Shown: positions 34,818 to 45,375 of the stretch, piece by piece
Position numbering within the stretch: the stretch's first letter is position 1
Layout of the letters: every line of letters begins with the position of its first letter
Assembly (NCBI GenBank): GCA_037442385.1
Contig: JBBIQJ010000002.1
Location: 1-45,963, forward strand
Direction: 5' to 3'
Source: Armatimonadota bacterium
GTDB lineage: Bacteria > Armatimonadota > Fimbriimonadia > Fimbriimonadales > GBS-DC
DNA: 45,963 nt
The notes under the pieces: model-generated
Told to the model about the DNA's origin: nothing
Database searches by the model: none
Seen by the model: only the letters and a program-made list of their open reading frames with translations
Position numbers and translations under genes: made by a program

Positions 34818-35450
34818 ATGCGAACCACGCTGGCAATCATGCTTCTGCTGGGGCTGGGGTGGGCACAAAGTCTGCCCACGCCCCAGGCGGTGCTGAATCG
34901 GCTCATGCAGAAGGCGAAAGCCACTCGCGCCTACGCCTATCAGTGGGATTACTTCAAGCGCGACCCCAGCACAGGCAAAATGGGCGCCAGGCAGGTCTAC
35001 AAATTGGAGTTCCTCAAACCCCACTACCGCAAGCTCACCATCATCCAGCGCGACCTGTTCAGTAACGGCGCAGTGCTCATCTATAACCCCGACCAGGATA
35101 GCAAAGTGCATGCCCGCAAGGGGATTATCCACCGCACTTATGCTCCTGACGACCCCGAAGTCGCCGACTTTTTCCGAACCGATCTGGAGTGGATTGCAAA
35201 CGACCTCCAGCGGCTTTTTAAGGGAGCGAAAGCCGAACCCGTCCAGCGCGTGAAATACAACAACCGGGACTGCTTCCGAGTCGCCTTCGCCCCGAAAGAC
35301 GACCCCTACACGCGCGTCGTACTGTGGGTCGAGGTGAACGACTCGATGCCCATTCGGATTGAGTATTATGACTCAAAGGGACTCTACTCGGTGCGCGAGT
35401 ATACCGACTACTCGTTCCCCAATCTGAAAGTGGACGATTTTCGGATTTGA
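34818..35450 (+). CDS. Secreted hypothetical protein, possibly LolA-fold/DUF1571-like
   Basis: It has signal peptide MRTTLAIMLLLGLGWAQS and starts 4 nt after the upstream stop. The family call is weak. Confidence 0.55.
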   Translation: MRTTLAIMLLLGLGWAQSLPTPQAVLNRLMQKAKATRAYAYQWDYFKRDPSTGKMGARQVYKLEFLKPHYRKLTIIQRDLFSNGAVLIYNPDQDSKVHARKGIIHRTYAPDDPEVADFFRTDLEWIANDLQRLFKGAKAEPVQRVKYNNRDCFRVAFAPKDDPYTRVVLWVEVNDSMPIRIEYYDSKGLYSVREYTDYSFPNLKVDDFRI

Positions 35451-35457
35451 CAACCCT

Positions 35458-36018
35458 TTAGAAATCAAACAACTCTTTCACCTTGCACCGAAAGTCAGGT
35501 AGCAGGTCGCCTCCTGTGAGTTCCTCCTCTGCCGAGAGGGTGCGCACCTCAAACGGCGCGGTATACACATTCACGGTGCGCGTTTCTGGGAACAGCAGCC
35601 ATACCTGTTTGGCGCCCGACTCAAAATACTCCCCAATTTTGCGTAGCAGGTCGGCGACATCTTCGTTCGGGGAAACAATTTCCACGGCTAGATCAGGGGC
35701 GCCATGCTCAAAGCCTTTGGCGGGTTTGCCATCGGGGAGGCGCTCTTTGAGAGTGAAGGCGACATCGGGGCTTCGAATGTTGCCGTTCGCCATGCGAAAC
35801 CCTGCCTGCGAACCTGCTACATAGCCGCGCCCCTTTGCAGCAGGCACCATGCGAGCAATCAACTCAGCTCCAATCACATCGTGTTCATGTCCTGCAGGCA
35901 CTTCCTTGACCTCCCCGTCGACCAGTTCATATTTGCGCCCGTCGTCGGGCAGACGCAGAAACTGCTCCTCCGTAAGTCGGCGGGCTCGTCTGGATTTGTG
36001 CGCAACCGCTCTGGACAT
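35458..36018 (-). CDS. Uma2 family (DUF820) restriction-endonuclease-fold protein
   Basis: YELVDGEV...SPDVAF...APDLAVEIVSP...K...Y...G..QVWLL is the Uma2 D..(D/E)xK pattern. Confidence 0.8.
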   Translation of the reverse strand: MSRAVAHKSRRARRLTEEQFLRLPDDGRKYELVDGEVKEVPAGHEHDVIGAELIARMVPAAKGRGYVAGSQAGFRMANGNIRSPDVAFTLKERLPDGKPAKGFEHGAPDLAVEIVSPNEDVADLLRKIGEYFESGAKQVWLLFPETRTVNVYTAPFEVRTLSAEEELTGGDLLPDFRCKVKELFDF

Positions 36019-36341
36019 CCCCGAATCACCAGAGCAATTTTACCCCCAAATTGCCCAGTTTTGGCAGGAGCGAAACTCGCTTCCCCGCGAATTCGTAGTA
36101 TAATTGTATGGAGAAGCCCTGCATTGCAGGGAAGTGTCCTTGACAATTGGGTGTATCGCAGCGTCGCTCCCCACAAGGCGGTTTTCAACTGGCTCGGGAT
36201 TTATGGAACAATTTCCCCTGAAAGCATGGAACTCCCTGCAGGCGTCGCAGAGTCTAACCGATAATCATGGTGGGAGTGGCGACAGAGCCGTCCTGCGGGG
36301 GGCAATGTGTGATGCACCCGACCCAACAAGGGGGTAAAACG

Positions 36342-38270
36342 ATGAGCGCATCGGACTTCTTGCGCCAGATAGAAGAGCAGCGCCGTTTGGAAAAACAGAT
36401 TACATGGGAAGGCACTTTTCGGGACTATCTGGAGATTGTCCAGAAGAACCCGAAGGTGGCGAACCTGGCGCACGCGCGCGTCTACGACATGATTCTCAGC
36501 GCAGGCGTGGAAGAGCGTGGCGAGGGGCAACCACGCGAGTATCAATTCTTCACCTCAGAACTGTTCGGCATGGAGCGCACGCTCCAGCAGCTGGTGGAGG
36601 AATACTTCGCGCCCGCTGCACGCCGACTCGATGTGCGCAAGCGCATCCTGTTGCTGGTGGGGCCCGTCGGTGGGGGGAAGTCCACGCTGGTCACCATGCT
36701 CAAGCGGGGGCTGGAGCGCTATTCCCGAACCGACGAGGGCGCCGTGTACGCCATCAAAGATTGCCCTATGCACGAAGAGCCGCTCCATCTCGTGCCCGAA
36801 GAACTACGCGCCGACTTCAAGCGCCAGTTCGGCGTGCATATCGAGGGCGACCTCTGCCCCGTGTGCCAGTGGAAACTCAAGCACGAGTGGGGCGAAAACA
36901 TCGAGAATGTGCCTGTCGTGCGCATCAAATTCTCCGAGCGTGAGCGCGTCGGAATCGGCACCTTCAAGCCTTCGGACCCCAAATCGCAGGATGTCTCCGA
37001 ACTGACGGGGAGCGTGAACCTGAACCTGCTGACCCAGATTGGCGTGGAATCGGACCCGCGCGTCTACAATTTCGACGGCGAGCTGAACAAGGCGAACCGC
37101 GGCCTCATGGAGTTCATCGAGATGCTCAAGGCGGACAAGCGCTTCCTCTATGAGCTGAACACCGTCGCGGGCGAGCAGATGATTAAAATCGGGCGGTTCG
37201 CACTGATTTACACCGATGTCGTGGTGATTGCGCACACCAACGAGTACGAATACAACGCCTACTTCTCCAACAAGGAGAACGAGGCGATGATTGACCGCAT
37301 GTTTGTGGTCAAAGTGCCCTACAACCTGCGCGTCTCGGAAGAGATTCGGATTTATGACAAGCTCATCCAGCAGTCGCAGTTCAGCGACGAAACCCAGGAC
37401 CTCTCGAAAGTGCATATCGCGCCGCATGCGTTGCGGGTGGCGGCGATGTTCGCCGTGCTGAGCCGCCTGAAACCCCCCAAGAAGAGCGGGATGTCGCTGA
37501 TGACCAAGATGAAACTCTACGACGGCGAGCGTCAGGTCGGCGATTGGGACCAGCGCCATGTAAAAGAGTTGCGTGAGGAGTACCCCGACGAAGGCATGAA
37601 CGGCGTCTCACCCCGATTCATTCTCAACCGCCTCTCGGCGGCGATGGTCAAGGGGCGCCAGTGCATCACGCCCATCGATATCCTGCGCTCCATCCGCGAC
37701 GGGCTGACCGAATACACCAGCAACGAGGAGGAGCGCAAGAAGCTCCTCACTTTCCTGGACGATGTGCGCAAGGAATACGACGAACTCATCAAGAAAGAGG
37801 TGCAGCGCTTCTTCGTCTACAGCTACGAGGAAGCCGCCCACACCCTGCTGGAGAACTATCTCGATAATGTGGACGCCTACTGCAACAAGACCAAAGTGCG
37901 CGACCCCATCACGGGCGAGGAAGTAGACCCCGACGAGAAGCTCATGCGGAGCATCGAGGAGCAGATTGGCGTCTCCGAGAACGCCAAGCGCGAGTTCCGT
38001 GAGGGGATTATGCGCTCTGTGGCGTCGCTGGCGCGGCGCGGCATCCGCTTCGAGATTGGCAGCGACGAGCGCCTGCGCGAAGCCATTGAGCGCAAACTGT
38101 TCGCCGACCTCAAAGATGTGGTCAAGATTACCACCTCCGCACGCACGCCCGACCCCGAACAGCTGCGCAAAATCAACGAGGTGGTCAACCGCATGGTGGA
38201 ACAGGGCGGCTACTGCCCCATCTGCGCCAACGAGGCGCTCCGCTATGTGGGCACATTGCTGAACCGATAA
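36342..38270 (+). CDS. prkA: PrkA family serine protein kinase (AAA+ N-terminal)
   Basis: It shows LLLVGPVGGGKSTLV (Walker A), GLMEFIEMLKADKRFLYELN and full PrkA length (642 aa). AGGGGG precedes the ATG at 36342. Confidence 0.88.
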   Translation: MSASDFLRQIEEQRRLEKQITWEGTFRDYLEIVQKNPKVANLAHARVYDMILSAGVEERGEGQPREYQFFTSELFGMERTLQQLVEEYFAPAARRLDVRKRILLLVGPVGGGKSTLVTMLKRGLERYSRTDEGAVYAIKDCPMHEEPLHLVPEELRADFKRQFGVHIEGDLCPVCQWKLKHEWGENIENVPVVRIKFSERERVGIGTFKPSDPKSQDVSELTGSVNLNLLTQIGVESDPRVYNFDGELNKANRGLMEFIEMLKADKRFLYELNTVAGEQMIKIGRFALIYTDVVVIAHTNEYEYNAYFSNKENEAMIDRMFVVKVPYNLRVSEEIRIYDKLIQQSQFSDETQDLSKVHIAPHALRVAAMFAVLSRLKPPKKSGMSLMTKMKLYDGERQVGDWDQRHVKELREEYPDEGMNGVSPRFILNRLSAAMVKGRQCITPIDILRSIRDGLTEYTSNEEERKKLLTFLDDVRKEYDELIKKEVQRFFVYSYEEAAHTLLENYLDNVDAYCNKTKVRDPITGEEVDPDEKLMRSIEEQIGVSENAKREFREGIMRSVASLARRGIRFEIGSDERLREAIERKLFADLKDVVKITTSARTPDPEQLRKINEVVNRMVEQGGYCPICANEALRYVGTLLNR

Positions 38271-38275
38271 ACAGA

Positions 38276-38300
38276 GGGGCGGCAACCCACTTGCCGCCCC
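38276..38300. terminator. Bidirectional hairpin between convergent prkA and the 401-aa gene
   Basis: The stem is GGGGCGGCAA / TTGCCGCCCC (10 bp) with loop CCCAC. Confidence 0.65.
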
Positions 38301-38321
38301 AACTGTGTGCAATCTCCAGAT

Positions 38322-39527
38322 TCAGTGAGCTCTTTGGCAGGGGAAGGCATCTCCAACGGGTCCAATATTGGGTGGAATGGTGATCCCACCGCCGATGCCA
38401 GGAATAGTCTGCTCGAGACGGGTAACTGTCACCCAACAGACCCAGCGCTCGCACAGACGCACCTGCCCATTGACGCAGCAGAAAATATCCCTGATTTTGA
38501 TCAGGTCAAACACATAGACTTGACAGAAAATATCTACTCTCGTGTTCGTATTGTTAACAACGGTGATAGTGATACAACCTCCTATCTCGCCGACGATTTT
38601 AATGTCTCCCAGATCAACCCTTCCACCAGGCATTGGCAATCGAATGCCGAAGTTCGCAGCAAACTCCACTGCAGCACGACCACATAGGCGATAGGTTTTC
38701 GTACTCCCAACCTGGCTGTCAATCGAGCCACATCGCACAAGATTTCCGGTGCGCCTTCGGTTGACAACAATCCACTCGCCCTCGACTTGTTTGCGTCCGT
38801 TCACGAAGCCATCACAGTCTCTGGGGCGCCTCGGCATTGCTGAAGGGGGGATAAGAGAGGTTTTTGTTCCTGGGGGTACCCTTATCACTGCCTCAGCCCA
38901 CTTTGGCATTCCAGGTCGTTCCCTATCTGGCGCAGCCCCCTCGAAATCTCCATGCTCAAAGAGAATCCAGCCGAGATGCCCCTCAACGGGGAAGCCAACA
39001 GAGGCTATTGGGCGATTACTCTCGTCAACCATCGCAGGTAAGTCGCGTATGCTCATTGGGTCAATTACCAGATCGTCTTCGCTATCCACACCCATTTTTG
39101 TTGAGGCGAAATGGAGCGTACCCAAAAGACGCTCTTCGGAATCTGACTTGCGGGCATAAAACCAGAGATAGCCATGATTTGCGCCATCTTCATAAGTTGG
39201 CACTATAACCATAGACTGAGCAGAGCGCTCCAGTATCTTGCAGTTAGCAGCGACAATCACCAGCGTCTCACCTGTCTGGAGCCATTCTCGGAGATCAGGA
39301 GAAAACCGCACTGTGACAGCCCGTTCGGGTTCGAAGAGCAGGACGGGCAAACGTGCTTCCCCTGAAAATGGAATCTCTTCGCCGCCTAACCCCAAGCAGC
39401 AAAATGTTTTGACGCTCCATGAACCTGTTGCAGAAGCGAAAGCATTTGCCAGCATCTGGCTAGCAAACGCCAGCATAATCAACACGCCAGCCCGAATCGA
39501 CTTTTGCATCTGCCTCACTGTACGCAT
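38322..39527 (-). CDS. Hypothetical 401-aa secreted Cys-rich protein, no recognisable family
   Basis: It has a signal-like N-terminus (MQKSIRAGVLIMLAFASQMLANAFA). It is the only long ORF on either strand here, and its G+C is lower than the flanks (37-53% in spot counts). The C-terminal ~120 aa contain 8 Cys. Confidence 0.6.
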   Translation of the reverse strand: MRTVRQMQKSIRAGVLIMLAFASQMLANAFASATGSWSVKTFCCLGLGGEEIPFSGEARLPVLLFEPERAVTVRFSPDLREWLQTGETLVIVAANCKILERSAQSMVIVPTYEDGANHGYLWFYARKSDSEERLLGTLHFASTKMGVDSEDDLVIDPMSIRDLPAMVDESNRPIASVGFPVEGHLGWILFEHGDFEGAAPDRERPGMPKWAEAVIRVPPGTKTSLIPPSAMPRRPRDCDGFVNGRKQVEGEWIVVNRRRTGNLVRCGSIDSQVGSTKTYRLCGRAAVEFAANFGIRLPMPGGRVDLGDIKIVGEIGGCITITVVNNTNTRVDIFCQVYVFDLIKIRDIFCCVNGQVRLCERWVCWVTVTRLEQTIPGIGGGITIPPNIGPVGDAFPCQRAH

Positions 39528-39563
39528 CCGTGTTATCTGCCATAAAATCGTTTACACTTTCGT

Positions 39564-39677
39564 TTACAATCGTCGGGAAGCATTCAGTCGTTGCAGTATC
39601 GCGTCATAAAAGTCAACGAGGGCTTCTTGCGCCTCCTCGACTACCTCCAGAATTGTCAACGATTCGCGCTCGTCCAC
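39564..39677 (-). CDS. Possible 37-aa ORF (GTG start) or the 3' part of a frameshifted gene
   Basis: AGGAG lies 6 nt before the GTG. The product is (M)DERESLTILEVVEEAQEALVDFYDAILQRLNASRRL, and the frame is open further upstream without a start codon. Confidence 0.25.
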   Translation of the reverse strand: MDERESLTILEVVEEAQEALVDFYDAILQRLNASRRL

Positions 39678-39838
39678 TGGCTGCTCCTGTACGCACCGCG
39701 CAATATCCTCCAGTCGTAGAGTAGCAGCAACGGATCGCCCTGTATGACAGGGTAGGTAGGTTGCGCACGCAAATCCTGAAACATGTCCGCAACCTCTCTG
39801 CTATCGTACTCCAAGCGTCGCTTGTATTGATCTCGCAT
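39656..39838 (-). CDS. Small hypothetical ORF (60 aa) with strong expression signals
   Basis: GAGGAGG precedes the ATG at 39838, and a TTGACA-N18-TATACT promoter lies about 75 nt upstream. Confidence 0.45.
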   Translation of the reverse strand: MRDQYKRRLEYDSREVADMFQDLRAQPTYPVIQGDPLLLLYDWRILRGAYRSSQWTSANR

Positions 39839-39913
39839 GTTAGCCTCCTCTAATGCATTTGGTGGACGGACGGGGAGACCCCCGCCCTATCCACCCTCTC
39901 TGAGTGTAAATGG

Positions 39914-39943
39914 AGTATATCACATCGTTGACGGCTTTGTCAA
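39914..39943 (-). promoter_or_regulatory. Near-consensus sigma-70 promoter (TTGACA-N18-TATACT) with upstream phased T-tracts
   Basis: The minus strand reads CCCTTTTTTCGCCTTTTTTCGCGCGTACCCTTTGACAaagccgtcaacgatgtgaTATACT. Confidence 0.6.
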
Positions 39944-40243
39944 AGGGTACGCGCGAAAAAAGGCGAAAAAAGGGCAAATCGCATTCGAAAGGTTTACACT
40001 TCGGGCGTAAACGAATTTATGGCACAAAACACTCCGTCTGAGCTTTCTGTGGAGGGATCACAACTTACACTCTCCTTACTAACTTAACACCACAAACCGC
40101 CCTATCGTCACATCAAAGCTCTCTCCGCGTTCCACAAGCTTCACTGTACCCCGCGTCATCGGCTACACCTTGCCTTCTGTATTTCAGGGTTTACTCGCAA
40201 GCATCCAGCTCCTGCCCTTGTCTGGAGGTGAAGCAACGCCAGC

Positions 40244-40252
40244 GGGTATAAT
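40244..40252 (+). promoter_or_regulatory. -10 element GGGTATAAT for gyrB
   Basis: gggtataat lies 43 nt upstream of the ATG at 40296, with GGAGG in between. Confidence 0.45.
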
Positions 40253-40274
40253 CATGCTGAAACTCAATCAGTAG

Positions 40275-42347
<2,073 letters not shown>

Positions 42348-42372
42348 AAAGACAAAAGGTATACTCTCAACA

Positions 42373-42411
42373 GGCGTGCGCGTGTCTTTTGCGAAACAAA
42401 CACGCCGTTTT
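42373..42411 (+). terminator. Probable terminator after gyrB
   Basis: An outer stem GGCGTG/CACGCC encloses an imperfect inner stem and is followed by GTTTTG. Confidence 0.4.
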
Positions 42412-42437
42412 GCCATCTGTACCCAGTGGAGGTCGCT

Positions 42438-44204
42438 ATGAGAAAAATCGGTTTGTGGCTCGGTTTACTCACCGCTTTGGCGTTTGCCCTCGCGGATGTG
42501 CCCACCGCCTCGGTGAGCAACCTGCAATCGCATGTGAAGACGCTGGCGTCGCCTGAAATGGAGGGGCGTCTGGCGATTGCCCCCGGCGGACACAAGGCAG
42601 GTGAATACATCGCGCGCATGTTCGCCGAGTATGGGCTGGAGCCAAAGGGCACGCAGGGCTACTTTCAGGACTTTGAGATGACCCTCGGCTATACAACAGG
42701 CAAAGGCACCGCGTTCCGTGTGGAGTTCGCCAACGGCAACCGCTGGGAAGTGCCTGCCGACTCCTTCCGTCCCAGCAACCTGAGCGAGAACACCACCACC
42801 GAAGGCGAGGTGGTGTTCGTGGGGTATGGCTTGAACCTGCAGGAGCCAGCCTATGACGACTATGCGGGTGTCGAGGTCAAAGGCAAAGTTGTTGCGATTC
42901 TGCGCGGCGCGCCCGAATGGATGGATGCGGGCATGGCGCAGCGCGTGGCGCGAATCCCGAACAAACTCCGCACGGCGTTCGAGAAGGGCGCGGCAGGCGT
43001 GATTCTGCTGAACCTGCCCAATCAGCCCTTGCTACCGCTGGGTATGCGCGGGAGGGCGAGCGTTGTCTCCGGCGCGGTGATGAATGTCAATACGGAGGTT
43101 GCCAACCGCCTGCTCAAAACCGCGAACCTGACAGTAGAAGAGGCGGTCAAGCGCATCAACGAGACCAAACAGCCTGTCAGTGCCGCCCTGCCCGTAAAAG
43201 TGGTGATGACGGTTCAGCTGGAGCCGCGTAAGGGGATTGCTCGCAATGTAATCGGATTTTTACCTGGTGCGGACCCCAACAAGCGCGAGGAGATACTCGT
43301 GATTGGGGCGCACTATGACCACCTTGGCTACGGCGAGGTCGGCTCGCTGGCGTTTGAACCAGGCGAGATTCACTACGGCGCCGACGATAACGCTTCGGGC
43401 ACGGCAGGGCTTCTGGAGCTGGCGCGAATCCTCTCGCTCCAGCGCGAGAAGCTGCCGCGAAGCATCCTGTTTATCGCCTTCTCGGGCGAAGAAGAGGGTC
43501 TGGTTGGCTCCGCCTACTTCGTGCGCAACCCCACTGTGCCCAGAGACAAAATCGTGGCGATGCTCAATCTGGACATGATAGGACGCCTGCGTGAAGACCG
43601 CCTCTCCGTCAGCGGGCTGGGCAGCTCGCCTCAGTGGGAAGAGATTGTCAAGGCGGCCAACACCGACGGCTTGACTCTTAACCTGAGCCAGGCCAGCACC
43701 GGCGGGAGCGACCACACCTCCTTCTTTATGGCAGACATCCCCGTGCTGTTCTTCTTCACGGGCATGCATCCCGAATATCACCGTCCTGCGGATAGATGGG
43801 ACACGATTAACTACGAGGGTCAGGCGAAGGTGGTGGCGATAGTGGAGCGCGTGGCGCGCCACCTGGCACAACGCGAGGAGCGCATCGCCTTCAGCCGTCC
43901 CAGCCAGCCTGCGCCTGCGACGGGCGCCCGTGCGGGATTCCGCGTGCGGATTGGGCTTATCCCCGAATATTCGGGCGAGGCGAACGGCGTGTTGCTTGGC
44001 GGAGTTGTGCCTGGCTCACCTGCCGAAAAGGCAGGGCTTAAGGCGGGCGACCGTATCGTCGCCGTGATGGGCAAGCAGGTCAAGAGCATCGAGGAACTGA
44101 CCCAGCTCTACGATCAGATGGAGCCAGGCAAACCCGTGGAGTTCACTATCGTGCGCAACGGGCAGGAGATAAAAGTGCAGGTTGTGCCTGCCGCGCCGCA
44201 GTAA
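42438..44204 (+). CDS. M28 family aminopeptidase with PA domain and C-terminal PDZ domain
   Basis: It has signal peptide MRKIGLWLGLLTALAFALA and the M28 Zn ligands in GAHYDHLGYG, GADDNASGTAGLLELA and FSGEEEGLVGS. The PDZ tail reads GVLLGGVVPGSPAEKAGLKAGDRIVAV. GGAGG lies 5 nt before the ATG. Confidence 0.85.
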   Translation: MRKIGLWLGLLTALAFALADVPTASVSNLQSHVKTLASPEMEGRLAIAPGGHKAGEYIARMFAEYGLEPKGTQGYFQDFEMTLGYTTGKGTAFRVEFANGNRWEVPADSFRPSNLSENTTTEGEVVFVGYGLNLQEPAYDDYAGVEVKGKVVAILRGAPEWMDAGMAQRVARIPNKLRTAFEKGAAGVILLNLPNQPLLPLGMRGRASVVSGAVMNVNTEVANRLLKTANLTVEEAVKRINETKQPVSAALPVKVVMTVQLEPRKGIARNVIGFLPGADPNKREEILVIGAHYDHLGYGEVGSLAFEPGEIHYGADDNASGTAGLLELARILSLQREKLPRSILFIAFSGEEEGLVGSAYFVRNPTVPRDKIVAMLNLDMIGRLREDRLSVSGLGSSPQWEEIVKAANTDGLTLNLSQASTGGSDHTSFFMADIPVLFFFTGMHPEYHRPADRWDTINYEGQAKVVAIVERVARHLAQREERIAFSRPSQPAPATGARAGFRVRIGLIPEYSGEANGVLLGGVVPGSPAEKAGLKAGDRIVAVMGKQVKSIEELTQLYDQMEPGKPVEFTIVRNGQEIKVQVVPAAPQ

Positions 44205-44240
44205 ACGCTAACAGGCAGGTGAACCTGCAACGGGAGATTC

Positions 44241-44397
44241 GGCTCTGTCGCAAAGAACAGGGGATTCGCGGAACAGGACGCGGGAACCGCGTCCGTACCA
44301 GCATGCGTAGGGGCGCGGTCGCCGCGCCCCATGCGGTGAAATGAATCGTGCCACGAGGTGGAATGCGAAGCCTTGCGACAGCGCAGCTTTAGCCGTC
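44241..44397 (+). repeat. Copy 3 of the palindromic element (left arm shortened)
   Basis: It reads GCTCTGTCGCAAAGAACAGGGGATTCGCGGAACAGGACGCGGGAACCGCGTCCGTAC ... CCTTGCGACAGCGCAGCTTTAGCCGTC, nearly identical to copy 1. Confidence 0.8.
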
Positions 44398-44439
44398 CTG
44401 CTTCCGCCCCACGAAGCCGACCTGCGTCAGCTGAAGTAG

Positions 44440-44466
44440 CACGCGCATCCTGCGCGTGATTTTGGG
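44440..44466 (+). terminator. Rho-independent terminator downstream of copy 3
   Basis: The stem is CACGCGCA / TGCGCGTG (8 bp) with loop TCC, followed by ATTTTGGG. Confidence 0.6.
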
Positions 44467-44484
44467 CAGGAAGAATCCGCTTTT

Positions 44485-44494
44485 GGGGTACAAT
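44485..44494 (+). promoter_or_regulatory. -10 element GGGGTACAAT placed 6 nt before the tenA ATG (leaderless)
   Basis: The sequence is ggggTACAATcgccctATG. Confidence 0.5.
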
Positions 44495-44500
44495 CGCCCT

Positions 44501-45163
44501 ATGCGCTACACCGAGCAGCTCTGGCGGTCCATAGAGCCAATTTACGCAGCGATTTTGAAGCATCCGTTTCTCATCGGGTTGACCGACGGCAGTTTGCCCC
44601 ACGAAGCGTTCCAGTTCTATGTGATTCAGGATGCACACTACCTGCGGTACTACGCCCAGTGTTTGAGCCTCGCTGCCGCCAAAGCCCCTTATGACGACTG
44701 GCTAGTAACCTTCAACGAGCATGCGAAGACGGCGATTCTGGTAGAGCGTTCGTTGCACGAGGGCTTTTTCAAGGAGTTCGGGCTGACACCCGAGCAAGTT
44801 TACGCGGCGCCGATGGCGCCCACATGCGTGGCGTACACGCACTACCTGCTGGCGGTGTGCTACGCGCGTCCGTTCCATGAGGCGTTGGGGGCCATCTTGC
44901 CTTGCTACTGGATTTACTGGGAGGTCGGCAAGCAGTTAGAGAAACACGACTCGCCCAACCCACTCTACCAGCGCTGGATTGACACCTACGCCTCCGAAGA
45001 GTTCGGGAGTGTGGTGCGCGAGGTGCTGACGATGACAGACGCGGTGGCGGAGACGCTCACCGACGCCCAGCGTGAAGCGATGCGCACGCATTTCATCATG
45101 ACCAGCCGCTACGAATGGATGTTCTGGGACATGGGCTATCGCCAGGAACACTGGGCGGTTTAG
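44501..45163 (+). CDS. tenA: Thiaminase II / aminopyrimidine aminohydrolase TenA
   Basis: It shows HPFLIGLTDGSLPHEAFQFYVIQDAHYL, LPCYWIYWEVG and YASEEF, the TenA pattern. Confidence 0.85.
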   Translation: MRYTEQLWRSIEPIYAAILKHPFLIGLTDGSLPHEAFQFYVIQDAHYLRYYAQCLSLAAAKAPYDDWLVTFNEHAKTAILVERSLHEGFFKEFGLTPEQVYAAPMAPTCVAYTHYLLAVCYARPFHEALGAILPCYWIYWEVGKQLEKHDSPNPLYQRWIDTYASEEFGSVVREVLTMTDAVAETLTDAQREAMRTHFIMTSRYEWMFWDMGYRQEHWAV

Positions 45164-45327
45164 ACATCCCGTTGCGAGGATAGAGGGCGGGGCGTCTTGT
45201 CTTGCTTGGCGCAATGTGAAATCGGCAACGCCTGTGCGCTCCTGGCGGAGAACGCGGGCAGCCATTGTCGCAGGAGAGACCTGGTGGAGCGTCCTGTTGT
45301 CAAGGGGACAACAGGGTAGCAGAATAA

Positions 45328-45356
45328 GCAGAACCCCCCGATCCGGGGGGTTCTGC
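45328..45356. terminator. Bidirectional hairpin between convergent tenA and the dockerin-tagged gene
   Basis: The stem is GCAGAACCCCCC / GGGGGGTTCTGC (12 bp). A second hairpin CCTGTTGTC/GACAACAGG lies at 45293-45315. Confidence 0.7.
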
Positions 45357-45375
45357 CGAGAGAGAATGGCTACAG

